Assembly: GCA_947624695.1 (NCBI GenBank)
Contig: CANQLN010000002.1
Span: 1-34,053, forward strand
DNA length: 34,053 bases
Source: an uncultured Bacilli bacterium
GTDB lineage: Bacteria; Bacillota_I; Bacilli_A; RF39; UBA660
Reading direction: 5' to 3'
Position numbers and translations under genes: made by a program. Below the pieces are notes generated by a model. It did not search any database and was not told the DNA's origin. It worked only from the letters and a program-made list of their open reading frames with translations. Below, one piece after another: positions 17,621 through 24,486 of this stretch; within the stretch, counting starts at the first letter, position 1; each line of letters begins with the position of its first letter.

Positions 17621-18071
17621 TAGAAAAGGCAACTTAATTGAGGTTGCTTTTTTTGATGATGTAAAAGAGATTCAAGATCAAGAAGAGGAAGCTACTTCTT
17701 ATGAATACTCAGTTTACAAAATCAAAACCATCTATAGAGAAAAATTAGAGGAATCCATTGAAAACAACTATGAAGCGTGGCTAGAGTTAGCTAAAGATAC
17801 TGATTATCAAGAATTAGCTAAAAAAGTAAGAGAAAAACGAGATGAGCTTTTGGCTGATAGTGATAAACAATTATTGCTGGATAGAATAGGCTTAGATCTA
17901 CCTGAGGACATAAACGCTACTAATCTTTTATTAGTAGTAAAAACTTTATTTGAAAATTTAACAAAAATTTTAAGAGGAGATTGGGCTAAATATAGGCAAG
18001 AGCTAAGAGATATTACTAAGCAAAAGGGATTCCCTTATGATGTGGAATTTCCTAAAAAGCCGGAAGAATAA
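17574..18071 (+). CDS. tail-fibre assembly chaperone-like protein
   Basis: 165 aa; RBS aaggagg; overlaps the RT 3' end by 47 nt. RDELLADSDKQLLLDR...WAKYRQELRDITKQKGFPYDVEFPKKPE resembles the phage tail assembly chaperone motif (..R..LL..sDw...D.....W..YRq.LRDi....gfP.dv.wP..P). Confidence 0.55.
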   Translation: MKARSTIIPPKFKIGDRKGNLIEVAFFDDVKEIQDQEEEATSYEYSVYKIKTIYREKLEESIENNYEAWLELAKDTDYQELAKKVREKRDELLADSDKQLLLDRIGLDLPEDINATNLLLVVKTLFENLTKILRGDWAKYRQELRDITKQKGFPYDVEFPKKPEE

Positions 18072-18088
18072 TTGAGGGAGGTAAGTTA

Positions 18089-18490
18089 ATGAATATTATA
18101 AATATAATTAAAGCTGGCTTAACAGCTATCATAACTTGGATAGGTTGGTTAGTTGGTGGCTATGATACTATGATGATAACGCTTTTAATCATAATGGGAA
18201 TGGATTATATATCAGGCGTTATGTGTGGGATATATAAAAAAGAGTTATCTAGTGAAGTTGGCTTTAAAGGAATCTTTAAAAAAGTAATGATAATTATTTT
18301 AGTGGGAATAACTAATTTATTAGGACAAGCTACAGGTATTGAGGGATTGAGATATGTAACAATCTCTTTTTATTTAGCTAACGAGGGTATATCCGTTGTA
18401 GAAAATGCTTCTATATTAGGATTGCCTATACCACAAAAAATTAAAGATGTATTAGACCAATTAAAAAGTTCATCTAACGAAGAAAAATAA
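18089..18490 (+). CDS. holin (TcdE/phi-LC3-like, Phage_holin_4_1-type)
   Basis: 133 aa; three hydrophobic segments; MDYISGV...KGIFKK...ENASILGLPIP pattern; charged C-terminus; upstream of the endolysin gene. Confidence 0.75.
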   Translation: MNIINIIKAGLTAIITWIGWLVGGYDTMMITLLIIMGMDYISGVMCGIYKKELSSEVGFKGIFKKVMIIILVGITNLLGQATGIEGLRYVTISFYLANEGISVVENASILGLPIPQKIKDVLDQLKSSSNEEK

Positions 18491-18566
18491 TGGTGATTAA
18501 AGGGAACTAGCAATAGTTCTCTTTTTTCATATAAAAAAATTTTCCATAGAATAGGAGGAATAAAAG

Positions 18567-18722
18567 ATGGAAGAAAAAAATGAAGTTCTTGAAGAACAAG
18601 TTGAAGAAGTTAATGTTGAAAATCAAGAAGAAATTTTTGGCATAACCGAAGAAGAAATGAAAGAAAGTGAGTGTGATAGTAATGAAACCTGTGAATGCAA
18701 GCAAGTTGACAGTAACGAGTAA
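18567..18722 (+). CDS. small highly acidic ORF (51 aa), uncertain
   Basis: ATG behind ataggagga; MEEKNEVLEEQVEEV...; its 3' end overlaps the endolysin start region in another frame. Confidence 0.25.
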   Translation: MEEKNEVLEEQVEEVNVENQEEIFGITEEEMKESECDSNETCECKQVDSNE

Positions 18723-19458
18723 ATTTGGTCCTCGTACATATACATATAGAGGTCAAAAAATAAGTGACTACCACAAAGGAATTGACTTAATTGGTGGTAG
18801 TGAAATTATTGCTGTAGCTGATGGTATAGTCACTTCTATTTGTAATAGTGGCGTACAATATGGACAAGCTTGTTATGTAAGATTAAAACATAATAACGGT
18901 TGGCAAACTTTATATTATCATTTAAAATCAGGATCAGTTTGTGTTAAAGTAGGTGAATCGGTAAAAAAAGGTCAAAAGCTGGGTATTATGGGTGCAACAG
19001 GACAAGCAACAGGAGTGCATTTACACTTTCAAATTGATAAAGGAAGTAGTAGTTCAGCTATTGATCCATACGACTATATCTTTAATGGTAAAAGTTTTGA
19101 TGGTGAAAATACATCTAATCAATCATCTAATAAATCAATAGAAGAATTAGCTAAAGAGGTAATAGCTGGTAAATGGGGAAATAATCCTGAAAGAAAACAA
19201 AGATTAGAGAGTGCTGGATATGATTATTCTAAAGTTCAAGCTAGAGTAAATGAAATGTTAGCCGGTAATAATCCTAAACCTAATCCAACACCTAGCGTTG
19301 ATATTTTAACTTTGGTTAAGAAAACTATTAGAGGTGACTTTGGAAATGGTGAGGCTCGTAAAAAAGCTTTAGGATCTAATTATGATGAAGTGCAAAGACA
19401 AGTTAATCTAAATCTTAAAGCTGGACTAACTCGTTGGGATAATATTAAATTATTTTAA
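18667..19458 (+). CDS. endolysin: M23 (LytM-type) peptidase with two CW_7 cell-wall-binding repeats
   Basis: YHKGIDL (HxxxD) and GVHLHFQ (HxH) motifs; two repeats of the form G.WGN..eRk..L...GYdY..VQ..VN; alternative ATG start at 18682. Confidence 0.8.
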   Translation: MSVIVMKPVNASKLTVTSKFGPRTYTYRGQKISDYHKGIDLIGGSEIIAVADGIVTSICNSGVQYGQACYVRLKHNNGWQTLYYHLKSGSVCVKVGESVKKGQKLGIMGATGQATGVHLHFQIDKGSSSSAIDPYDYIFNGKSFDGENTSNQSSNKSIEELAKEVIAGKWGNNPERKQRLESAGYDYSKVQARVNEMLAGNNPKPNPTPSVDILTLVKKTIRGDFGNGEARKKALGSNYDEVQRQVNLNLKAGLTRWDNIKLF

Positions 19459-19466
19459 TGAATAAA

Positions 19467-19502
19467 AGGTAAGGACAATTATGTCCCTACCTCTTTTTTT
19501 TT
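19467..19502 (+). terminator. rho-independent terminator of the late/lysis operon
   Basis: aggtaaggaca-atta-tgtccctacct stem (one mismatch) followed by a run of nine T; overlaps the stop codon of the convergent ORF. Confidence 0.65.
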
Positions 19503-20005
19503 GCTCTAATTTTCTCTAGTTTATATATATAGTCTTGTCCGTATCTATTTATAAATTCTTCTCTTGTATGTTCTTTTAAATATTCTTTTTGAAATTTAAC
19601 TTTATAAAGAAGATTCATTAAAGTATCTTTATGAAATAGCTTATGACAAAAAATACACATTGGAGCTACCATACCATCTTCTATAGATATACTTCTATAT
19701 GATCCGCTAAATATTTCATTTTTTTCAACTCTAGTATATATATTTAATCTTCTATCAAAATCACCCGTTTTTAAGCCACATTCACAGCATTTAGTAAGAT
19801 TAGGATAAATTATACTAAATCTTTCTTTTTCTTTCTTAGCTTGCTTGTTTGTGCGTGATTTTAAGGTTTTATATTGTTTGTATTCTTTATCTTTACAATT
19901 ATGACAATCACTATATTCAATTATCTTCTTTTTAATGGTACAATAAATATATATTTTTTCTTTTTTAGATCTTCTCCTTAGATATTTACAATTCAATTTA
20001 ATCAC
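19487..20005 (-). CDS. Cys-rich HNH/NinG/Ref-like nuclease-family protein, tentative
   Basis: 172 aa. CCECG...NEIFSGSYRSISIEDGMVAPMCIFCHKLFH resembles the C..C...HHIf.G..R..S...GL..pLC..CH signature of phage HNH-type proteins. Opposite strand, between the lysis genes and attP. Confidence 0.4.
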   Translation of the reverse strand: MIKLNCKYLRRRSKKEKIYIYCTIKKKIIEYSDCHNCKDKEYKQYKTLKSRTNKQAKKEKERFSIIYPNLTKCCECGLKTGDFDRRLNIYTRVEKNEIFSGSYRSISIEDGMVAPMCIFCHKLFHKDTLMNLLYKVKFQKEYLKEHTREEFINRYGQDYIYKLEKIRAKKKR

Positions 20006-20257
20006 TCCTTTAGTTAGGTACTAAATAGTGACTAAAAAAGTGAAATTATATAACATTTTAATACTTTATATAACATAGAAATACTTATAAATACTATAAA
20101 TTACAGAGTATAGCATTTAAACAAGTTTTATGTTATAAAAATTAAAATATTACTTTTCCCTTATTTTATAGGGGTTTTTACTTTTTTAGGTACTATTTTA
20201 GGTACTAATAATTCTTTATTTATTTCAACTTGTCAATATTTTTGACAGGTTAATGGC
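20006..20257. other. candidate attP region with repeated arm-type motifs
   Basis: Non-coding, adjacent to the int 3' end. TTAGGTACTA occurs 3 times (20014, 20186, 20198) and TTATATAACAT twice (20046, 20066). Inverted repeat tgtcaa-tattt-ttgaca lies just 5' of the int stop. Confidence 0.45.
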
Positions 20258-21388
20258 TTATAGATTATCTAATAAATCAACTATCTTATCTTGAACACTA
20301 GGGAATAAGTGCATATACACTTCTTGCATAACTCTTAGACTATGTCCCATTCTTTGTGACATCATTAAGAAAAATTTAGTTGAATCAGTTTCTCCTGATC
20401 TAATGTATTCGTTAATACATATACTTACATGAGAATGTCTAAACTCGTGTATAGTTATCATTTCTTTTTCCATATCAGCTAACTTAAAGTATTCTTTTCT
20501 ATGCTTTTGAACTTGATAATCACTTATGACATCACCATTTCCAAAAACATACCAATCTTCACTAAAGTCACTATATTGTTTTACATACTCTTTATATTTT
20601 AATAATTCTTCTCTTAATTTTCTTGACATAGTAATTTCTCTATTTAAGCAATTCTTAGTTGCTGTTATTTTAAATTTTCCTTTTTTAGTGTTAAAGGATA
20701 TAGTCTTATTTATACTAATCATATTGCTATTAAAGTTTATATCTCTCCAAGTTATAGCTAATATTTCTCCTTTTCTCATACCTGTAAAATATAAAGTAAG
20801 AAAGAAACAATGCCATAATTCATCATCTATAACACTTATAAATTTACAATATTGATCGTAAACAATATATCTTAATTTTTTATTTGTTTCAATAACTTCA
20901 TCATTTCTTTTTTTAAAACGCCCTGATAGTTCTACCGGATTATAATTTAATTCATACTTTCTATTAGCAAAAGTGAATATCTCTTTAAAGACAACATAGT
21001 ATTGATTACAAGTGGATATTTTTATTTTTTTATCTATAAGTTTGTTTTTCCAATTTTCTATATCCATAACACTTATTTCATCAATATATTTGCCTTTAAA
21101 ATATGGCTTAATATTATTTTCGTATTGAGATAAATAAGTAAGATATGTAGATTCTCTTAGTCTATGTTCGGCGTCTTTAAAATAATCATCGGCTACTATT
21201 TCAAACCTCTTTTTTATTGGAGCGTCACGATTCATTAAAAATACTCTTTCTTCGGCTCTAGCTTCTTTCTCTAATAAATATCTTTTAGAAGTATAGGGTA
21301 CTAATTTTCCCTCCGTGTTATGATAATATACTTTGAAGCGGTACTGACGCCCATCTTTAGTTTTTTCTTTATCCTTAAATACTGACAT
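20258..21388 (-). CDS. int: tyrosine integrase
   Basis: 376 aa; TGMRKGE, HEFRHSH and MGHS...Y.H catalytic-type motifs (R, HxxR, Y); RBS aaggaag. Confidence 0.9.
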   Translation of the reverse strand: MSVFKDKEKTKDGRQYRFKVYYHNTEGKLVPYTSKRYLLEKEARAEERVFLMNRDAPIKKRFEIVADDYFKDAEHRLRESTYLTYLSQYENNIKPYFKGKYIDEISVMDIENWKNKLIDKKIKISTCNQYYVVFKEIFTFANRKYELNYNPVELSGRFKKRNDEVIETNKKLRYIVYDQYCKFISVIDDELWHCFFLTLYFTGMRKGEILAITWRDINFNSNMISINKTISFNTKKGKFKITATKNCLNREITMSRKLREELLKYKEYVKQYSDFSEDWYVFGNGDVISDYQVQKHRKEYFKLADMEKEMITIHEFRHSHVSICINEYIRSGETDSTKFFLMMSQRMGHSLRVMQEVYMHLFPSVQDKIVDLLDNL

Positions 21389-21404
21389 TTTAGCACTTCC
21401 TTTA

Positions 21405-21433
21405 TTGTTTTATTTTTTGTTCCGTGCTATAAT
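21405..21433 (+). promoter_or_regulatory. sigma-A-type promoter (TTGTTT-17-TGcTATAAT) pointing away from int
   Basis: -35 at 21405-21410; extended -10 at 21425-21433. Confidence 0.4.
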
Positions 21434-21439
21434 GTAAAA

Positions 21440-21546
21440 GGAAACTCATTTACAATTATAGCTTCGGTTATTTTTGTTTAAGATTCGTTAGTCTTATGGG
21501 TTTTCCATTTAACGCTTAGAGTTGCACCTCTAGGCGTCTTTTTTTT
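21440..21546 (+). ncRNA. candidate small RNA of about 105 nt, bounded by a promoter and a terminator
   Basis: Extended -10 promoter upstream; strong + strand terminator at its end; no ORF longer than 7 codons. Contains ttcgttagtcttatgg, complementary to 23116-23131. Confidence 0.3.
21512..21546 (+). terminator. rho-independent terminator, oriented for the + strand
   Basis: acgcttagag-ttgcac-ctctaggcgt (10-bp stem, one G-U pair) followed by c plus eight T. No T-run follows it on the - strand. Confidence 0.6.
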
Positions 21547-21883
21547 ATTTCATTTTACTTATTAAATAATCTTTTATTTTATTTGGCTCAGCCATACAAT
21601 AAAATTCATAGCTACCGGCTGGAGTGTTAATATAAACATCTCCATAGTTAAATATTTTTCCCATAGCTGATTGATTTACTTTTACTGATGTTATTTGTCT
21701 AATTGGTGATTCTAAAGTTTCGGTATGGATCAATCCAACTTTTCCTGAAACCATGTCATCAGTTATTTCTAACTTAGTTGTTAATATTCTAAATATCTTT
21801 TTCCATATAGTAAATAAACCAATAATAAAGATAAATAGTAAACAATCAGGGATAATAGTTTTCCAACTTGTTCTAGCTTTCAT
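21545..21883 (-). CDS. membrane-anchored bacterial PH-domain (bPH_2/YdbS-like) protein
   Basis: 112 aa; N-terminal TM segment, then LEITDDMVSGKVGLIHTETLESPIRQITSVKVNQSAMGKIFNYGDVYI, a pattern typical of bPH_2 domains; lysogeny-module location. Confidence 0.5.
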   Translation of the reverse strand: MKARTSWKTIIPDCLLFIFIIGLFTIWKKIFRILTTKLEITDDMVSGKVGLIHTETLESPIRQITSVKVNQSAMGKIFNYGDVYINTPAGSYEFYCMAEPNKIKDYLISKMK

Positions 21884-22190
21884 TTTTACACCTCCATAAT
21901 CTATTTAAAAATACCTGAACTAGCGTATTTTTTGTCTTAAATGATATTTTATATCCTTTAAATGTAATTTTTTTACATTTAAGACCTGAAAACATACATT
22001 TTAGGGTTAAAGTGATAAATAACTTACATTTATTGGTATAATAAAATATTTAATTTTATAATAGAGCCCCGAGAGGGGGAATTATAGGTTGTTAGACTTA
22101 AAAATTTTTTATAGTGAATTGGAAGATTTAGAAATTGACATTACACTATATAGCTTTTTGATAGAATATTTCTTTTAGAGATATTCTTTC

Positions 22191-22574
22191 TTATTGTTTA
22201 TCTTTCATTATAAATGATTTATTAGCTTTTGCAAACTCAATCAATTTATTAAAATCTTCTTCCGTCATTTCTTCGTTTTCATTTAAAAAACCTTTTCTAG
22301 TTAAAACGTCTTTTAATATAGCTTTTTCTTCCTCTTGACTATATTTTTTCTTTTCACTTTTCATTGGTACATTGAATCCCATTAGCCATACTTCGTCAAC
22401 ATCAAAGAACTCAGCTAGAGTAGTTAGACTATCTTGTTTAGCTTTATATGTTCCTGACAGCCAATGACTAATTTGAGATTTAGCAATACCTGTTTTAGCT
22501 GATAATTCTACAGCTTTTATGTTTTTCATAGCCATAGCTTTTTTAAGTCTATTTGCGAAAGTATCTTCCAACAT
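22191..22574 (-). CDS. CI-like repressor, XRE-family HTH (no S24 peptidase domain)
   Basis: 127 aa; NRLKKAMAMKNIKAVELSAKTGIAKSQISHWLSG is a classical HTH_3; divergent from the cro-like gene. Confidence 0.8.
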   Translation of the reverse strand: MLEDTFANRLKKAMAMKNIKAVELSAKTGIAKSQISHWLSGTYKAKQDSLTTLAEFFDVDEVWLMGFNVPMKSEKKKYSQEEEKAILKDVLTRKGFLNENEEMTEEDFNKLIEFAKANKSFIMKDKQ

Positions 22575-22746
22575 CTTCGTATCAACTCCTCATATTGATT
22601 ATACTAAATAAGTTGGGAAAAAACAACAAAAATTGTCAAGAAATTAAAAAAAGTTTGGAAAACTTTAATTTTTATGTTGACTTATAAAGAGAACAATGAT
22701 AAGATTAAACTAGGTTGGGAAATTCCAAACCAAAGGAGGTGAAATT
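22575..22746. promoter_or_regulatory. lysis-lysogeny switch: divergent promoters and GTTKGGAAA-type operators
   Basis: Rightward TTGACT-17-TGaTAAGAT (22677-22705). Leftward TTGTTT-17-TATAAT on the - strand (22598-22626). Operator-like sites at 22612-22620 and 22653-22661, plus the palindrome GTTGGGAAATTCCAAAC at 22714-22730. Confidence 0.55.
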
Positions 22747-23004
22747 GTGAAAAGAAATTATGACTACTCAAAATTGAGAGGAAGAATAATTGAAAAGCTA
22801 GGAAATCTTAAAAACTACGCTGAATTATTAGGAATCTCTGATACAGCTTTGTCTAATAAATTAAGTAATAAAGTTCCATTCAATCAAGATGAAATTCTAA
22901 GATCCATGGAAAAAGAAGTATTAGATATAGAAGCTGTAGAAGTATCACATTATTTTTTTACACAAAAAGTTGGGGAAATCCAAACAAAAGAAAAGGAGGA
23001 CTAA
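22747..23004 (+). CDS. Cro-like regulator (DUF739-type HTH)
   Basis: 85 aa; GTG start behind aaggaggtg; YDYSKLRGRIIEKLGNLKNYAELLGISDTALSNKLSNKVPFNQDEI matches the DUF739 pattern as I recall it. Confidence 0.65.
   Translation: MKRNYDYSKLRGRIIEKLGNLKNYAELLGISDTALSNKLSNKVPFNQDEILRSMEKEVLDIEAVEVSHYFFTQKVGEIQTKEKED
22969..22985. promoter_or_regulatory. fourth operator-like palindrome, inside the 3' end of the cro-like gene
   Basis: GTTGGGGAAATCCAAAC, near-identical to the palindrome at 22714-22730. Confidence 0.35.
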
Positions 23005-23007
23005 AAT

Positions 23008-23115
23008 ATGAGCTCAGGAGTGCAAATAACTTTAATTATATGTGTAACTATTGTGGCTGTGATTTGGTTAGCTGTCAAATATGATAGTGAAAACAAAAAT
23101 AATAAAAAGAAATAA
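23008..23115 (+). CDS. 35-aa single-TM peptide with a lysine-rich tail (type-I-toxin-like architecture)
   Basis: ATG behind aaaaggagga; MSSGVQITLIICVTIVAVIWLAVKYDSENKNNKKK; below the ORF-track cutoff. Confidence 0.45.
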   Translation: MSSGVQITLIICVTIVAVIWLAVKYDSENKNNKKK

Positions 23116-23145
23116 CCATAAGACTAACGAACAAAGAGGTGAAAT

Positions 23146-23373
23146 ATGGAAAAACCTTATATCAATCAAAAAGAACTAACTGAATTGTTGGGACAGGGAA
23201 GAAAATATGGTGAAAGAGTAATGAAACATTTATTAGAAATAGCAAAAGAAAGAAATTACTATTTGCCTGAAAGTAAGAGAGATATTTTAATCCCTACACA
23301 TTTAGTTAAAAAAGAATTGAAGATTAAGGAAATAATCTTAAATGAAAATAATAGGAACGAGGAAAAAGAATGA
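23146..23373 (+). CDS. small DNA-binding protein (excisionase/HTH-like), tentative
   Basis: 75 aa; RBS agaggtg; INQKELTELLGQGRKYGERVMK is HTH-like. Confidence 0.3.
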   Translation: MEKPYINQKELTELLGQGRKYGERVMKHLLEIAKERNYYLPESKRDILIPTHLVKKELKIKEIILNENNRNEEKE

Positions 23374-23597
23374 AAAGAACTAAGAAAATTAAAATCAAAT
23401 GGGGGAACATTGGTTTACTAGCTTTATTACTACTATGTGCAAGTGTAGTAATTCACGATTTATTTATGCTAACTATTTATAGTTGGATCTCAGGAAATAT
23501 GTATGGGTGGACTTGGTTTGGATTCTTAACATTCATACTAGCGTTTGCTGTAGGTGGTGAAATAATTGAATATTTTTATGAAGAGTATTTCAAATAA
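23370..23597 (+). CDS. small two-TM membrane protein
   Basis: 75 aa; ATGA overlap with the upstream gene; two hydrophobic segments. Confidence 0.5.
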   Translation: MKRTKKIKIKWGNIGLLALLLLCASVVIHDLFMLTIYSWISGNMYGWTWFGFLTFILAFAVGGEIIEYFYEEYFK

Positions 23598-23763
23598 AAA
23601 AGATTTATGCGTTGAGCAAGAACACATAAATCAAATGTAAAACTTAAATATTTTACTACTTAATTATAACGATTAAGTAGCCAAAAGTCAAAAAAGGAAC
23701 GGAGATTAAAGATGATAAAAAAACTTTGTTCCAATGTAAACATTAGCATAAGGGAGGCTCATT

Positions 23764-24486
23764 ATGAAAGATAATTTTTTATTAAAAAAATCTCAACAAC
23801 AGGTATTTGAAGAGTTATCTAATAATGACGCTGGATTGCTTATAAAAGGTATTTTCAATTATGTAAATACAGGTAATAGCGGATTAGATGGATATTTAAA
23901 AGCTATATTTATTCCTATAAAAATTGAAATTGATAAAAACGAGGAAAGATATGAAGAGGTATGTAAAAGGAATCGTGAGAATGGAAGATTAGGTGGACGA
24001 CCAAAAAAAGAAGAAACCCAAGAAAACCAACCGCTTAATGAAGAAACCGAAGAAAAGCAATCGGTTTTTGAGGAAACCGAAGAAAACCCAAAAAAGCCGA
24101 TAAATCATAATCATACTCATATATCATCACTCACTAATCAAGATTCAAATATCAATATAGATATTATTAAAAGGATAATAGATCATCTAAATTTAAAAAC
24201 TAATAGCAAGTTCAAATATTCTAGTAAAACAACTCAAACAAAAATAAAAGCACGATTGAACGAGGGTTATACACTCGACGACTTCATAGCTGTAATTGAT
24301 AAGAAAACGGACGAGTGGCTAGATAATGAAGAGTTTAGTAAATATTTATGTCCTGAAACGCTATTTGGTACTAAATTTGAGAAATACTTAAATCAAAAAG
24401 TTGTTAATAAAAAGCAACCTGTAAAAAAAGATAAAACGATGGAAATATTGGAGGGCGTTTATAATGGAACAATCAAAATTGATTAG
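23764..24486 (+). CDS. replisome organizer / DnaD-like phage replication protein
   Basis: 240 aa. The C-terminal IIDHLNLKTNSKFKYSSKTTQTKIKARLNEGYTLDDFIAVIDKK...W......YLCPETLFG.KFEKYLNQ is the conserved phage C-terminal (DnaD-like) domain pattern. Carries internal iterons. Confidence 0.6.
   Translation: MKDNFLLKKSQQQVFEELSNNDAGLLIKGIFNYVNTGNSGLDGYLKAIFIPIKIEIDKNEERYEEVCKRNRENGRLGGRPKKEETQENQPLNEETEEKQSVFEETEENPKKPINHNHTHISSLTNQDSNINIDIIKRIIDHLNLKTNSKFKYSSKTTQTKIKARLNEGYTLDDFIAVIDKKTDEWLDNEEFSKYLCPETLFGTKFEKYLNQKVVNKKQPVKKDKTMEILEGVYNGTIKID
24010..24090 (+). repeat. three 21-bp iterons at exact 30-bp phasing (candidate phage ori)
   Basis: gaagaaacccaagaaaaccaa (24010), gaagaaaccgaagaaaagcaa (24040), gaggaaaccgaagaaaaccca (24070), all inside the replication gene. 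Confidence 0.45.

Noticed and set aside
17574-18071. 165-aa ORF coupled to the RT, considered as an Avd
   Set aside because: It is strongly acidic, whereas Avd is basic. It also carries a tail-assembly-chaperone-type C-terminal motif. It is kept only as a speculative non-canonical partner in the findings.
22089-22178. 29-codon TTG ORF downstream of an extended -10 element (TGgTATAAT, 22034-22042) in the gap between the PH-domain gene and the repressor gene
   Set aside because: It is too short and has a non-ATG start. It could be a real small transcript convergent on the repressor 3' end, but the sequence alone does not support a call.
23602-23680. Two inverted repeats upstream of the replication gene (gatttatg/cataaatc and ctacttaat/attaagtag), considered as terminators
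   Set aside because: Neither is followed by a T-run on either strand. They may be protein-binding sites, but no specific call is supportable.
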